From: Antedon mediterranea
Lineage: Eukaryota; Animalia; Echinodermata
NCBI RefSeq assembly: GCF_964355755.1
Contig: NC_092675.1
Location: forward strand, 1,111,812-1,175,811
DNA: 64,000 nucleotides
Direction: 5' to 3'
Within the stretch, counting starts at the first letter, position 1, and every line of letters begins with the position of its first letter. The position numbers and the translations under genes are program-made. The notes under the pieces are model-generated. The model ran no database searches. It saw only the letters and a list, made by a program, of their open reading frames with translations, and was not told where the DNA came from. This document shows, piece by piece, positions 1-13,253 of the stretch.

Positions 1-3000
1 TCATACTCGTGCTGGTTAATATGATTCATACGCTGATGAATACACTGCATGTACATCTGCTGGCATTTCTGAATTATGTGTGTTAGTGGCGGTGTTCGTA
101 GCGTGTTCTGTAGCGGCGTATGATGGACATTTGACAGGAATTGAGCGGACTCGGTCACAATCTCTTGAAGAACATACGGACTAAATATGATGTTTGGAAC
201 ACTGAGGCAATACTGCTGCACATGTGACGCACCTAATTTAAAAAATGGAAAAATATTTCTTAGATAAATCGTAAAAAAAAAAATTAAGTATTGCAATTTA
301 AATTCCGGAATTTGTTTAAATTCATTATACAAATGTTGATACATACCTAGTTTCTTAGCTATACCGAGTAGCCACTTTACATCTTCTCCATATGGAGGAT
401 TACGAGAGAACCGCGACTGATAACGTTCATCGTGTACCCGTCTAGCTAGTGTATCCATTGCCAGCATACCTACTCGGTATGTGTGATGAAGGTAATACTG
501 ACTCTGGTGTGGTACTACAGCAGCAGGAACTAGAGCTGGTGATCCTGTTCTGGCACCTCTTCCTGAAGCTGGAAGCATGGCAGAGACTGGAGGTGTACCA
601 CCCATGTACGGTTGAACAGTTGGGCCTACAATTCCTCTTGAAGGGAAGCCAACTGCAGGTACATAGGGCAGAGAGCCTGGTGGAAACATTGGTGGACCAT
701 ACATTGCATTTGCTTGTGATGTTGGTGGCTGATTGTGAGGAATAAAGCCAGGCCTTGCTGGATGGTAGGGATGAGATGGATGGTTAGGCCTAGCCCCATA
801 CTGTAAAGGATAAGTGTGGTATAGCGGTAGTGGAATAGATACTGGTACAGCCTCATGGTATGGTGGTATCATTCCTTGCGCAACCATTGCTCCCGCAACT
901 GCAATATTGTTGTCCTCTGGTGGAATGTTGGCATCATCATCACGGTGATGCTGTGTTTGCTTGTGAAGCCATTCCCAGTGTTTACCAACAGTAAAGAGTA
1001 CATCAGGGTAAACATCTCCTCCTTTGGCAGCATTCTCAACTGCTAAACATGCCTTACTCAGCATGTTCACATCTTGTTCTTTACACTAAAACAAAGGGGG
1101 AAAAACATAATATATATATAGAGTAAAATATATAAATCCAAATTACTGAAAAAATGACAATGCTGTGGGTATCAGTGGCCGGATCTCAATAGAGATACAA
1201 AAAAATTCACGAAAAGCTAAATCAAAACAATAAAGTAAAATAGGCAGAAAAATTAGCAGAGCTTTCGGGGAACACTAGCCCTTTATCAGTGCAAGTGATA
1301 AAAATATAGTTATACTTATTGATAAAAGGTCAAAGACATCGCATAATATATGTTATAAAGATAATGTAGTAGTATGTAGTAGTATGATAAAGTATGTAGT
1401 ATGCTGGTATTATCCCAAAGATTATGAAATAATAGTTATATTATAATAATAATCATTAAAGGGAAATAGGTAAAGTGCTAACTTGTCTATAGCTGTGCAC
1501 CAGTGGCCACATTCACTAATTATACTGGGTATTCGGTAACACTTAAAATGTAAAAATGTTCCTAACTAAGTGAATACTGTACTACTTGAGTAAGGAACAT
1601 ACTACCAGATGTTTTTAAGGTTCTTTGAAACATGAATTGTCTTCACACTACTAAACATATTTTGTTTCAACATCAAATAATAAGTTTGTTACTATTTGTT
1701 AGTGTGGGAGGATGTATGTGCTAGATATCTACCTGTAGCAAAGCTCTGTTGACATCTGATGGATTTAAAGCATGGGCATGAGAGAGACAGGACAAAGCAA
1801 GCTCAGCTGCAGCTTGAACCATCTGTAGGTCACGACATCTTGATGCACGGTCAGCTATGGCAGCAGCTTCTGCTGGCGTCAGATGTCCTTCCCAATAGTT
1901 AACAAGAATATTGATTCCACCACTACCCAACTCAAGAGCTTGACCTGAAACAGTGCAATGACCTCAATGAAAAGTTTTGTTTAAATATTATACAGTAACA
2001 TCTCTTGCTATGTTCAACCAGGGTTTATAATTGAGAAATTTTATAATTCAGGATATTGGTATTTTTAGGTTCATAAACTACTAAGACTTGTTATGAGAGC
2101 CTCAGTAAATATAACATCCCTCTACAACAAAAATAATAGTCACAATAAAATAATCTCATCAAAAATATACACAAATAAAACATTATATTGTTTTTTGTTA
2201 TTGTTATCCACTCTGCACTAAAGAGACATTGTGATATGCATGTATGGCATATGATTGGTCATAAATCAAATTTTCAATCATTGTCTATATTTACAACTAA
2301 CTTACTTCTAATAAACGACTCATATGCAGAATATGTCCTCGAGAGCCAGTTTGGTGATACAGCATTGTATAAGCTGAGGGCATAAAACCCAACTTCAAAA
2401 GCAGCCAATAACAGTCCCCGATGAGGACCAGACTGGTTGTTATTGGCTGGATTCTGAGTAAAGTGTGTTGGACTAGAGTTACCACCAGCTTTGGTGACTA
2501 TGGTCTTTGCTAGCTCTAGGTAAAAATGAGCGGATGCCTCGCTTGGCTGATTAGGTATTGAAGGACAGTATGTTCGGTTTTTCCCACGATATCTGAAAAG
2601 AGTTTGAAATCAAATACAAAATTCTTTTCATATTGGTTGCAAAGAAAATAGAAAAATGCAATTACCTTTATAAAGGTTAATTATTATAAATTATTATTTT
2701 GCTGTTAGATGACCTTTATTAGTATTGCTTTATTATCTTTGATCTTTATTGTTGTCTTTAATAGATTAATGCATTCTACACAAATTATTATAGTAATAGC
2801 ATAAGGCATTGCGATAAATAAATAAAAGTCATCTACTGGGACTCGAACTCACAAAGATTAGTCCACCGTGTCATTAATTAGTAATTATCTGTATATTATT
2901 CTTCGCAAGGTAAGGTGAACGCAACGCCTAACTAGCCTAGGCAGGCTTATTTACATAAGGAGGCCTAGCTACCCAACCAATCAGATATTCTACTGGTTGT

Positions 3001-6000
3001 TTGCTACATAATATAGCAGATATTGTCTTTTATAGCGGTAAAATATAATATTTGACATACCCTTGGGAATGATATTTTGTTCAAATGAATATATATTTCC
3101 CTGAGCTTGCGCTTCGGGAAACATTCCCTCAGGGATGTCAAATCTTATATTTCACCTTTAAGCAGGCAATATTTGTATATTACTGTACTATAAAATCATA
3201 GTTCTACAGTAACCTTTGTGGTACACATACCTTCCATTACGGGGGCTAGGAGTTGAACTTCTTGATTCGTTCATTTCGGATGCCACACAAGGTCCTACCC
3301 TTAATGCAACATTTATTGCACTATAAAACCAAGACCAATGATTGAAATATTAAGTACACATATAACACAATGATTACAATGCAAAATAAATGTTGTTAAA
3401 ATACATGATGAAGTTTAGGTGCATACACATACACATTGATTTCCCTGCACAATAACTTACATATTTGGGTGTGGCTGAGAAGGTAAGCACACTGCTGTGT
3501 GATCTACAATGGAACAATGCTTACTGGAGCTAGGGGCGCACGCTCTCCCTTTCACCAGTTAAAATGATATCATGCTCTACTTTATAACTTTTTGACATAC
3601 TATTATAATTATATGTTAGCACTCCCCACCCCACCCCCCCCCCCCCCAAAAAAAAAAATCTGTGAATTATCAAATAATACTTGCTATTGAGATTGGGAAA
3701 AGACTTATTTTCAGATGTAAGGACAATCCTAAACTCTGTCTACACTATCAAACTTTATGTGACAGAAAAATGTGATGTGTCCATATATGGACATGATGAT
3801 GTCATATCACTACCATATTTAAGCATATCACTACCATATTTGGGGACATCACACTTATTTTTAATTTTCCAAACTAGTTTAATAGTGTAGACAGAGTTTC
3901 ACAGCATGTTAATGTTATACAGATATTGTTATATTAATGAAATATATATATACAGTATAAATAAATGAGCTTCCTAAGTAGCCTACTTACCCTTCTATGT
4001 GATCTCTTGATTCATTGGGAGCAGCGTTTGCTGGCCTGTCCCATGAACTACTAGAACTAAGGGAGTCACTAGAGTTGCCACTGCTGCCGCTGTCACTTCC
4101 AGGCCCTTGATGCCTACTCCAGCCACCTGAAGGTGGTAACCGACGCCCTAGGGCAGGTGAATTGTCACTGGATGTGGTCTCTGGTGCACTACTATCAATG
4201 CTTGCCATTTCTATATTAAAACCAACTTCTTTTTTAGTTTTAAGCTTTAAACATTATACAAGAATTTGGATATTAATGATTCAAAATATTAAATTGAAAT
4301 ATTTTTGTTTTGTTCATTATGCTGGGGGTAAACATAAGTTGCAAAAGTGATTTGTTTACTGTTTTTGATCAATAGTTTATTATTGATTGGCCAACAGTTA
4401 ATTATCATTCTCATTCCTAATAAAGTTGCAGAATGCCTACTATAAGTATGAGCTCACATTTAAAAGTAAATCATTAATGAGATAGGGGAACAACTGTAGT
4501 TTCAATTCACAAATGAAAAGAAATATTAACCTCGACTTCTCTTTGTATGTCGTCCAAACATTTTGTCCCACTTAGATGGGTTACTGCTACAAGAGGCACC
4601 GCCATGTGCACCAGCAGCTTCCTCCTCCCAGCTTGTAACCATAGAGGCACTTTTCCCAGTCTGCTGTTGTGCTAACATACTTTGAACATGTTCATGCTCA
4701 AGGCAGTCTTTAGAGGAGCCGCTTCTTCTAGCGTTTCTATCTTCAGAATCGCATGCGCCACTCCGTGCACCATCTAGATGTTTTGCCCGTCGGCCTTTGC
4801 TATCAACGGATTGGTTTCCTTTCTTCTGGTCATGGTTTGTGGTTCTAGCCTCATGACTAGATGCTCTGTTGACAACATGGTGATGTGGTTGTTCCCTTCT
4901 TGATGCTTCACTAACAGTTTGCCTTGATGCCGTTGATTGAAATGTAGGTTTATTTGGAGCTATAGAACTTGGAATACACTGCACAACTTTCTGTGTAGGA
5001 CTTAAATGCTGTTTGTCCAAGAATGCATCTAATATCTGAAGTGAATATTGATAAATATTGTTAATGGTACACTTTGTTATTTTCATTATTTAAAAATTAT
5101 CTAAAATTTGACATCAATCAAACAACCTTTTCAAGTCAAAGATTACAAAAACTTATTTTTGTTAAAATGTATACTTCAAGAAACAAATACTTTTAAGACT
5201 GTATATAGTTCAAGGGAATAATTTGGGGAAATGTGAGGGGGGGGGGGAGGGATTGTACTTGGTCATATACCATTCTTTAATATGTAAGATAAAGATTTAT
5301 GTAGAAGAAAGGTGATTGTATATTAATGCTATACTGTAACATTTAATTTATTGTTTATATTTATATTGATGTATTTGGGCCAATGGCTTATGTATAATAA
5401 ATGGCCTAGGCAATGCTCGTAGGAAAGAAAGAAAGTAATTCACTGAATACAAACCCTTCTAAGCCTCGTCTGGTCATCTCTGTAGTGCATACACATGGAC
5501 AAAGCAAGAAAGTAATACACTGAATACAAACCCTTCTAAGCCTTGTCTGGTCATCTCTGTAGTGAATACACATGGACAAAGCAAGAAAGTAATACACTGA
5601 ATACAAACCCTTCTAAGCCTTGTCTGGTCATCTCTGTAGTGAATACACATGGACAAAGCAAGAAAGTAATACACTGAATACAAACCCTTCTAAGCCTTGT
5701 CTGGTTCATCTCTGTAGTGAATACACATGGACAAAGCAAGAAAGTAATACACTGAATACAAACCCTTCTAAGCCTCGTCTGGTCATCTCTGTAGTGAATA
5801 CACATGGACAAAGAAAGAAAGTAATACACTGAATACAAACCCTTCTAAGCCTTGTCTGGTCATCTCTGTAGTGAATACACATGGACAAAGCAAGAAAGTA
5901 ATACACTGAATACAAACCCTTCTAAGCCTCGTCTGGTCATCTCTGTAGTGCATACACATGGACAAAGCAAGAAAGTAATACACTGAATACAAACCCTTCT

Positions 6001-9000
6001 AAGCCTTGTCTGGTCATCTCTGTAGTGAATACACATGGACAAAGCAAGAAAGTAATACACTGAATACCAACCCTTCTAAGCCTTGTCTGGTCATCTCTGT
6101 AGTGAATACACATGGACAAAGCAAGAAAGTAATACACTGAATACCAACCCTTCTAAGCCTTGTCTGGTCATCTCTGTAGTGAATACACATGGACAAAGCA
6201 AGAAAGTAATACACTGAATACAAACCCTTCTAAGCCTTGTCTGGTCATCTCTGTAGTGCATACACATGGACAAAGCAAGAAAGTAATACACTGAATACCA
6301 ACCCTTCTAAGCCTTGTCTGGTCATCTCTGTAGTGAATACACATGGACAAAGCAAGAAAGTAATACACTGAATACCAACCCTTCTAAGCCTTGTCTGGTC
6401 ATCTCTGTAGTGAATACACATGGACAAAGCAAGAAAGTAATACACTGAATACAAACCCTTCTAAGCCTTGTCTGGTCATCTCTGTAGTGAATACACATGG
6501 ACAAAGAAAGAAAGTAATACACTGAATACCAACCCTTCTAAGCCTCGTCTGGTCATCTCTGTAGTGCATACACATGGACAAAGCTAAGTCTCCACGTTGT
6601 CTTCGTGTTCCTTCACACAGCAATGGGTGAGCAGCTTCTGATACGTTGTTTTTCATTGCCAGAGCGGCCACTGCAGCCTCAAACCCTAGAATTTCATCTT
6701 CCTGTCGATGTTCTGTCGTTATGATTGATTTGGATGGAGATCTCCCTGGTGACAATGCTGAAAAAATATTTACATAAACTTATAGTTTTTGTACAATAAA
6801 ATTACATAATATAATATAATAATTATAATAATAAATGTAGAAATTAAAAATACATATATTTTAAAACTAAAATTATTATTATTATAACTATTATTATTAA
6901 TAAGTGAATTTTTCATGCGCACCTGATGATGTTAAGCACATGGCCTCAAAGATGTAGCCAGCAAGCATAAGTGGCAGAACGCCCTCTGCAAGTTTCTGCA
7001 TCGACCAATTGCGCATTTGCTCCGCCAGCTGCCGTAGCTGATCCATTTCTGGAACTCCTAGTGGAACCCTCTTCAATAACAGAACTAGTTCAGACTCCTG
7101 GTTTGCTAATTTCACCTGGATGAAACAAATATTTAAAATATAAATCACAAATAAACAAAAAGAAATCACAACCCCTAGCCATCAGCTCAAGCTCGGAGGA
7201 TTACGAACACCGGGCTAGTAATCTGGAGGTCGTGGGTTCGAGGCCCACCCGAGAATTACTTTGCATTGATTGATTAGTGTTATCACTACATATTACAGTA
7301 TGAAAATTAGTATCATATAATCATACATTATTTTTTATAGCACACCTAATGTATCCTAACCATTTTATTGGTCGATTTTGTTGAAATTCTGACTGCTTTA
7401 TTTAGCCTGGCTCTGCCTTGAATAGAATAGTTAAACTTTCAACTCAGGATGCCTCATAATACAACAATCTTTCAACTCTTGAAAAAGCTCATTCATTCAT
7501 TATAAACATTCATTTTTTGAGATGAGATTTCAATATACATTGGCTGTATCTACTGTATGATCTCATGGATTAATATGCTTAATTTATCAATCTTTAAACT
7601 ATTTTGTCAATGACTTACCTCAAGTCCTTTAGTTGATGCAGGCTGTCTAGTAATCTGTAAACCTAGCAATCCAATTTGAAATGCTAGGTTATGGCAACCA
7701 GGCTGTTCTGCTAGAACACTGCAGAGGAAGCTGATCTTAAACAGTAATTGACTAGCTAATTTACTCTGCTGGTGAAGGTAGCGTTTTCTTACCTGTAGGA
7801 TTAACAACAAAAAATGGTTAAAACAAGTTTATTTATACTATACGAGTCTGGAATTAACTGGGGGTCCAGTGTACACGTCTGGCTTGTGTGCATTTGAAAG
7901 AACCCAGTACATCTTTTAAAAGTGTAGAGGTTTAACCAGGGCATATTGTTCCATCTCAGACTCATTCTTGGGCTGCCATGGAGGAACCAAGCTCAATTTC
8001 TTCAACTGAGGATAAATACTATTAAATAAATCAAATTCTGGTTCAGGATAAGGGGTTTAAAACATCATAGTTTTATATTTTTATCTTATATTGACATGTA
8101 ATGCTGTTGAATGCTTCTTAAATACATTTGTATTAAGATTTAAGATAATATTAAACCTTATTGGATAATCCACTTGGTATCTCGGTATCAAGCTTAGGTG
8201 GATTAGCTACCATCTCCTCAGCTAGCTGGATGGCTAGATGACAGGCATACCATGTATGGCCATGTACATACAGTGCCTCTGTTCTGTTAAACTGTATCTG
8301 AAATTACAAAATGTATGTTTTAATACAGAAACAAACACAGAAATAACAATGAATTATTTCTAATTAAGACTATTTGGCATAATGAAGTCGCCCCGAAAAC
8401 AATACAGATCATTTTTGTAGTTTATCTGCTGTAAGAGAATGTTTTATACCATTTTTTATAAAAATAATTTATGAAGACATTATAATTTAAAATGTTTAGT
8501 AGAGTCAAGTTCCAAGTGGTTAAGGCAGGGGCGTCACAAACCATAATAGCAGTACAGGTTCAAGTCTCTCCTAGATCATAGTTCTGGTGGTAGAACTTTC
8601 TCGGTGTACATATATGGCTTGTGTGCACTATAAAGAACTCAGGGCATCATATACATATACACACCTGCATTTTATCATCAACCGGTTTGACACCATTAAA
8701 TGGATTATACACTTCATCTTTCTTCTTTTTTGGTACATCTTGAACTTTAGCCTTTGTGTCATAAAAGTACATGTTTAATTCATCAGGCTCTTTGACTTGG
8801 CCCGGGGGTGCTTCGGCTGCAGCGGCACCATCAGGGATGGAAGCCGGTGCTGCATCATCCACAACGTTAGATGTTTCAGTGTTTGAACCGTCTGAATCTC
8901 CATCACTTTTTTCTCGATTTGAGAAATCTTTCTCAGAATGTTTACTCTTATTTTTCCTTCTTGCTCCTTGGACTACATTTGCAGATTCCGACTCGTCATC

Positions 9001-12000
9001 TCCGTCTAAAACATGCAAACCTTCAATAGATTGTACAATATTTTCTGTTTCGTCGCCACGAGAGTCTGAACTGTCAATTGCAATAAAGTCAGAGTCGCAT
9101 TCATCAGATTTCTGCCGATTGACATGTTTTGTATCAGTGGAATGCTTGCAGTCCGATTGTGGCACAGTGTAATCTTTGGACGATGCTGCAAAATGATCAT
9201 CCTCTATCCAATTACAAACATCTTCTTCAGAATTCCGTTCTGAAAATGTAACGCCCTCGATTGGAAAGTCATTCCAATCCTGAAGGCATGCCTCGATAGC
9301 TGGTTTAAATCCTGAAAAAACGTCCATGTCAACTTTACGTACATTCGCACCTCCTCCTCCCACTCGTCGCCCCTTCTTGGAACTCTCGATAACCTGAAGG
9401 TGCCATTTACGGAATTCAGCACCAAACTGTTTACGCTGTGCGGGGGAGTTAGCAGGATTCAGTGAGGCGTAACGCCACAGAGTTACGATCTCATCACACA
9501 TACTTGCACATGAATGCTGATTCTGCATTGACGAACTGTTGTTGTTATGAGCACGGTGACCATGGTTACCGTGGTGAGAGTGAATCGCTGAGGTACGTAT
9601 ACTAAACCACCACACAACAACCTACAGGTAAAATTAAGAAATTATTATGTAAAAAAGGCATTAAAGAAGGTATTAAAGGCATAATTTTTGGTCACAGCTA
9701 AATGATGAAAAACTTCAGTCCAAAGAAATTATCATCACAACACACGATGGTGGAAATCATAATGAAATGAATGTATTTTTTGTTCATGTATTTTTAGTAA
9801 ATCATACCTGTTCACAAGAAATACATTCTTCTGTAAGAATCTTTAAGAGAAAGATGGCATTACTATCACGTCTTCGAAACAATTCACGAATTATAGATAA
9901 CAGATTCCAGACGCCTTCTGGTTCTCGTCCTCTCAGTGGACGTAATAAGTTGGTCCATTCAGCTGACGCAGCAGGAGCAGGGTTTGATAGGTACAGGGAA
10001 TTCACATCACTGATAAGACAAAATCAATATTATTTAAAGAATGCATACACGTTTTTGTCCTTTTGCTCTGAGTTGGGATAGAAGTAGTTTAAGATGTACT
10101 GTACTGTATTTTCGCATATTATTGCCCATGTGCTGATACACATGTTTGGGTTTCATTTTATTTATCAGTAAAAATTACCATATTTGAACGGGCACTTATT
10201 TTTGTGAGTAATGGATAACGTTAATGCATATAATTACAAACATACAATAATTAAAATACAATTTAAGCTAACATTAATTTCAGCATAAGTAGAGACTGAT
10301 GATGACATTACCTAAAAACAAGTGGACCTGGTCCACAAAAGCGCAATAATGTCTTCTTGATGTTCTCATGTAATAGGCTATCATCCAGGAACCACTGGCT
10401 TGGTTCAGTCGCTGGTGGTCCTGCAGTAGGATCTGGGGCTCCACGAACTGTATTGATGGTATTGGCTTGCGATGACAGTAATTCATCTAGCAATCGTTGA
10501 GCTGTTGGTAGAATCTATAAACAACAACATTTTTTAATTTCCATTTCTTGAGCAATCAAACAAAAATCTTTCCTTTTCTTTAAAAAATATTTCCCCAATA
10601 CAAATGACAGTCACAAGAAAACTTGCTTTGTTTATGTGTAAGCTCTGTGACAATATTTGTCAAAATTTGTCAAGAAAATTAAGAGTTAAAAAGGTGAGAA
10701 TTTACGTGTACTCCTAAAATTGCATTGCCCACTTACTTGTTGTGGTAGTTCACTAATTAAGTATTGTGCAAACTTCTGAAGCTGATCACGATGAAGGCGC
10801 GACAACGATTCTGAAACTGGTGCACGCAGACAAACATTTTCCGCATTCACAATACGATAAAGGCAGAGCGCGACGACGTGAGAACACCACTTGCCCGTTA
10901 TGGTGCATGTGCAGCTACATGTTGTTATGCGTCTCTTGTAGAAGGTAATGGCCACATTAAAGGTATCTTTGATTGACAAGGTTGTCGATGGTCCAATGGT
11001 TCCACTAAGATGAAATCCTTGTTAGAGAAAAAAATATATATTGTTAATGTGTGCTAAAAACGCCTGAGGCCTCCAGCGTTAGATGGTCACTTAGGGTTCC
11101 TAAACCAGGGGCCTTAGGCCTCTGCGTTATGCCACTGATAAGGAACTCATGTACTGTAAGAAAGACTATACCAGTATATACATACAATAGGAGATCTAAG
11201 AAAACTGACCCCTAGTCACTTTTCATGATAAAATAATTAAATGATAACATTTTAATGCTTACCAATTTGTAAAACATCCTTCACCACTTTACTTTTCAGT
11301 AAAAGCTCACCCTTCTGAAATTCTTCTGGACTCCCATTAGCTAAACAGGAATACAACCTAAAAAAGGGAAGAGAATGTTTATTAAAAGGAATCTAGATCT
11401 TCAAATAATTAATATATTTATGGTCTCCTATAAGAAAATCAATCAAAATAGTATTGTCTTTGTGATTTTATGTGATTAAAGAATGATTCATAAATCTACC
11501 ATAGCTATTCTGCTTATTAATATTAGAATACAAAGAAATTACACAATATAGTTATCATTAGTTATACCACTTATTGTACCATACTTTAATTTGTTATATG
11601 TTGACATTAAAATTAATATAGTAGGCCTAATATCTGTTATACAGTATAACACATGTATATGTACATTGGGTTGGTGCTAGATTAAACTTTACTGGAAGGA
11701 CAAACCTTGAGCTAAGGTTTAGGCTGTATGGTATGGTAGACCTTGAAGGAAATGGCCTTACAATGTACAGTACTGTACAACTAAAAATAATGACAATGGG
11801 CTTGTTTCTGTTGTGAACAGATAACTGATTAATAATGAATAAATTACCACATTTTCTTGGCAGCAAAAAAATTAAATATCATTTTAAAAATAACAGTTAT
11901 AAAGCAATATAGTTAAAATATAATTTAACTGTTAAAAACTGGCTTGATTGAAGTTGACTAACAGAAACAAACACAATAACAAGACAGTCACATACCGTAT

Positions 12001-13253
12001 ATCATCCTCATTTTCTGGGAAGCTCCAAAAGGAGATCCGCAGTTGTAGATTTTCAGGAACAGGTGGATAGACATTCTCTACAACTTCAAATGGAATGTGA
12101 AATGCTACAGTCCTTGCAGCTAGCTCGACCAATGGCAAAACTTCTAAGAAACGAATTATATTAATTTATAATAACTATAACAAACAGGCATTCATTTCCT
12201 TGATTGGAACTGTTACTGAGACTATTGTGAAGGGGATACACGAACTGCCCCCATATACAGTAATAGATGGATTTATAACTCTCATATGGAAAATGAAATT
12301 GTACACAAGCTCTATTTTGAGAGCAGACTTGAAATGTTGCCAATTTTCATCAACAATTATTTTTTACACTTTGCTGAAGAAAAAATGATATTTTATATGG
12401 ATTTAATAATAGAAAAAAAAGGTGATCATACTCTCTTTAATGTACATGTATGGTTTGAGTTTAACCATAGGAAAAAAAATAAGAACAGCTAAATATAATG
12501 ATCTTTCGTCGGGAAAAATGTGTGAGAGTGTACCACCAGACAGATTATTTTGAAATCAGAAGGTAGGGAATTGAACTTGTGTGTAATGGATGGTGTACAA
12601 TGTTATAGCATGTTCTTCATCTTAATTTTAATTCCTCGACCAGGATGAATATCATTATTCATGTGGGGTTAGGTTAGGGTCAAACCTAGAAACACAAATT
12701 AGCCATGCCAAATACAACATATAATTTCAACTACTTAGGCCATATTTTCGCAGTCAAAAATTAACTGATAAACAGTCTGTGGAAACAGTGTGTACTATTT
12801 CGCTCGAGAAAAATTAACCGATAAATTATCTCATTCAAATCAGTTGTGATTGGGCTCTAGTCTTGGTTTGGTGGTTCGGTAATGACTGGACTTTATTTTT
12901 GTATTAATTACACAATTTTTTGTTTTGGCTGCGGAAACAAAGACTAGCCTAGGCCTAAAAGTTTACTTTTGAATTAAAAAAAACAAACAAATAAATGAAT
13001 AGGCCTAGGCCTAGACTTTTTTAAAACAGTACAAATGTAAACCAAAATTACCGTCACATGTTTCGACGGGGGCTGCTGCCGCTGCCTGTGATGTTGTAGG
13101 TGATCCCCCGGCTGCCCCTTTCTTCCAGCCTCGCCAGTTGTTACAAATACTTTCTGTGTCACTCAACCAAGAACAAAGCGAGTCCTCTTCAAACCGATCA
13201 CTATCCTCAAAAGAAAACCGATCACCATCCTCCCAATCAAACATAAACTCCAT
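1..13253 (-). CDS. ZSWIM8: Zinc finger SWIM domain-containing protein 8 (Cullin-RING ligase substrate adaptor of target-directed miRNA degradation); 3'-partial, runs off the left edge
   Basis: Coding exons, all GT-AG with consistent phases: 13253-13052, 12143-11996, 11357-11263, 11017-10737, 10514-10312, 10009-9808, 9621-8665, 8297-8157, 7792-7619, 7115-6923, 6757-6534, 5035-4531, 4210-3991, 3320-3231, 2592-2306, 1944-1733, 1085-347, 232-<1. Recognisable ZSWIM8 segments: N-terminal FSFEDSDRFEEDSLCSW, BC-box-like LPLVELAARTVA, SWIM finger CSC..WCSHVVALC, LRAPVSESLSRL, LLCEGTRRQRGDLAL, SIDSSAPETTSSD, PNQPSEASAHFYLELAK, YRVGMLAMDTLARR. Confidence 0.96.
1157..1300 (-). mobile_element. Penelope-like retroelement terminal-repeat remnant with degenerate minimal hammerhead motif
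   Basis: Minus strand 1292-1256 reads GCA-CTGATAA-A-GGG-CTAGTGTT-CCC-C-GAAA-GCTC-TGC, the layout of minimal hammerheads in Penelope-like elements. The 1157-1225 part recurs, diverged, at 16734-16808. Confidence 0.5.
3020..3172. repeat. Imperfect long inverted repeat (foldback / non-autonomous element fragment)
   Basis: Arms of about 50 bp: ATATTGTC...GTAAAATATAATATTTGACATACCCTTGGGAATG versus CATTCCCTCAGGGATGTCAAATCTTATATTTCACC...GGCAATAT. Confidence 0.5.
3732..3898. mobile_element. PIF/Harbinger-like MITE, family A
   Basis: TIR (A)CTCTGTCTACACTATCAAAC...GTTTAATAGTGTAGACAGAGT; same family as the copies at 45448, 51952, 54481 and 56106. Confidence 0.8.
5428..6583. repeat. 77-bp minisatellite, 15 copies, made of a ZSWIM8 exon 3' end plus splice donor
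   Basis: Core ACCCTTCTAAGCC recurs at 5453, 5530, 5607, 5684, 5762, 5839, 5916, 5993, 6070, 6147, 6224, 6301, 6378, 6455 and 6532. One unit has a 1-bp insertion near 5705. The rightmost unit is the end of coding exon 6757-6534. Confidence 0.97.
7178..7255 (+). mobile_element. tRNA-derived SINE head / tRNA-Thr(AGT)-like pseudogene
   Basis: A-box-like AGCTCAAGCTCGG, anticodon arm CCGGG-CTAGTAA-TCTGG, B-box GGTTCGAGGCCC. The acceptor stem does not pair. Confidence 0.55.
8505..8648 (+). mobile_element. Degenerate tRNA-derived SINE
   Basis: A/B-box remnants (CAAGTGGTTAAGGC, GGTTCAAGTC). Body GGCTTGTGTGCAC..AAAGAAC.CAG is shared with 7870-7915 and 60128-60305. Confidence 0.5.

Noticed and set aside
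5406-6522. Stack of 66-95 aa Cys-rich ORFs in the ORF track
   Set aside because: Artefacts of the 77-bp repeat cycling through frames; only the copy within exon 6757-6534 is coding.
7178-7255. Functional tRNA-Thr gene
   Set aside because: Acceptor stem does not pair, the D-arm is irregular and there is no clean T-run terminator; treated as a SINE head or pseudogene.
8771-9172. 133-aa plus-strand ORF (and similar ORFs at 449, 31913, 39107, 49838)
   Set aside because: Antisense shadows of real coding exons, with no independent gene features.
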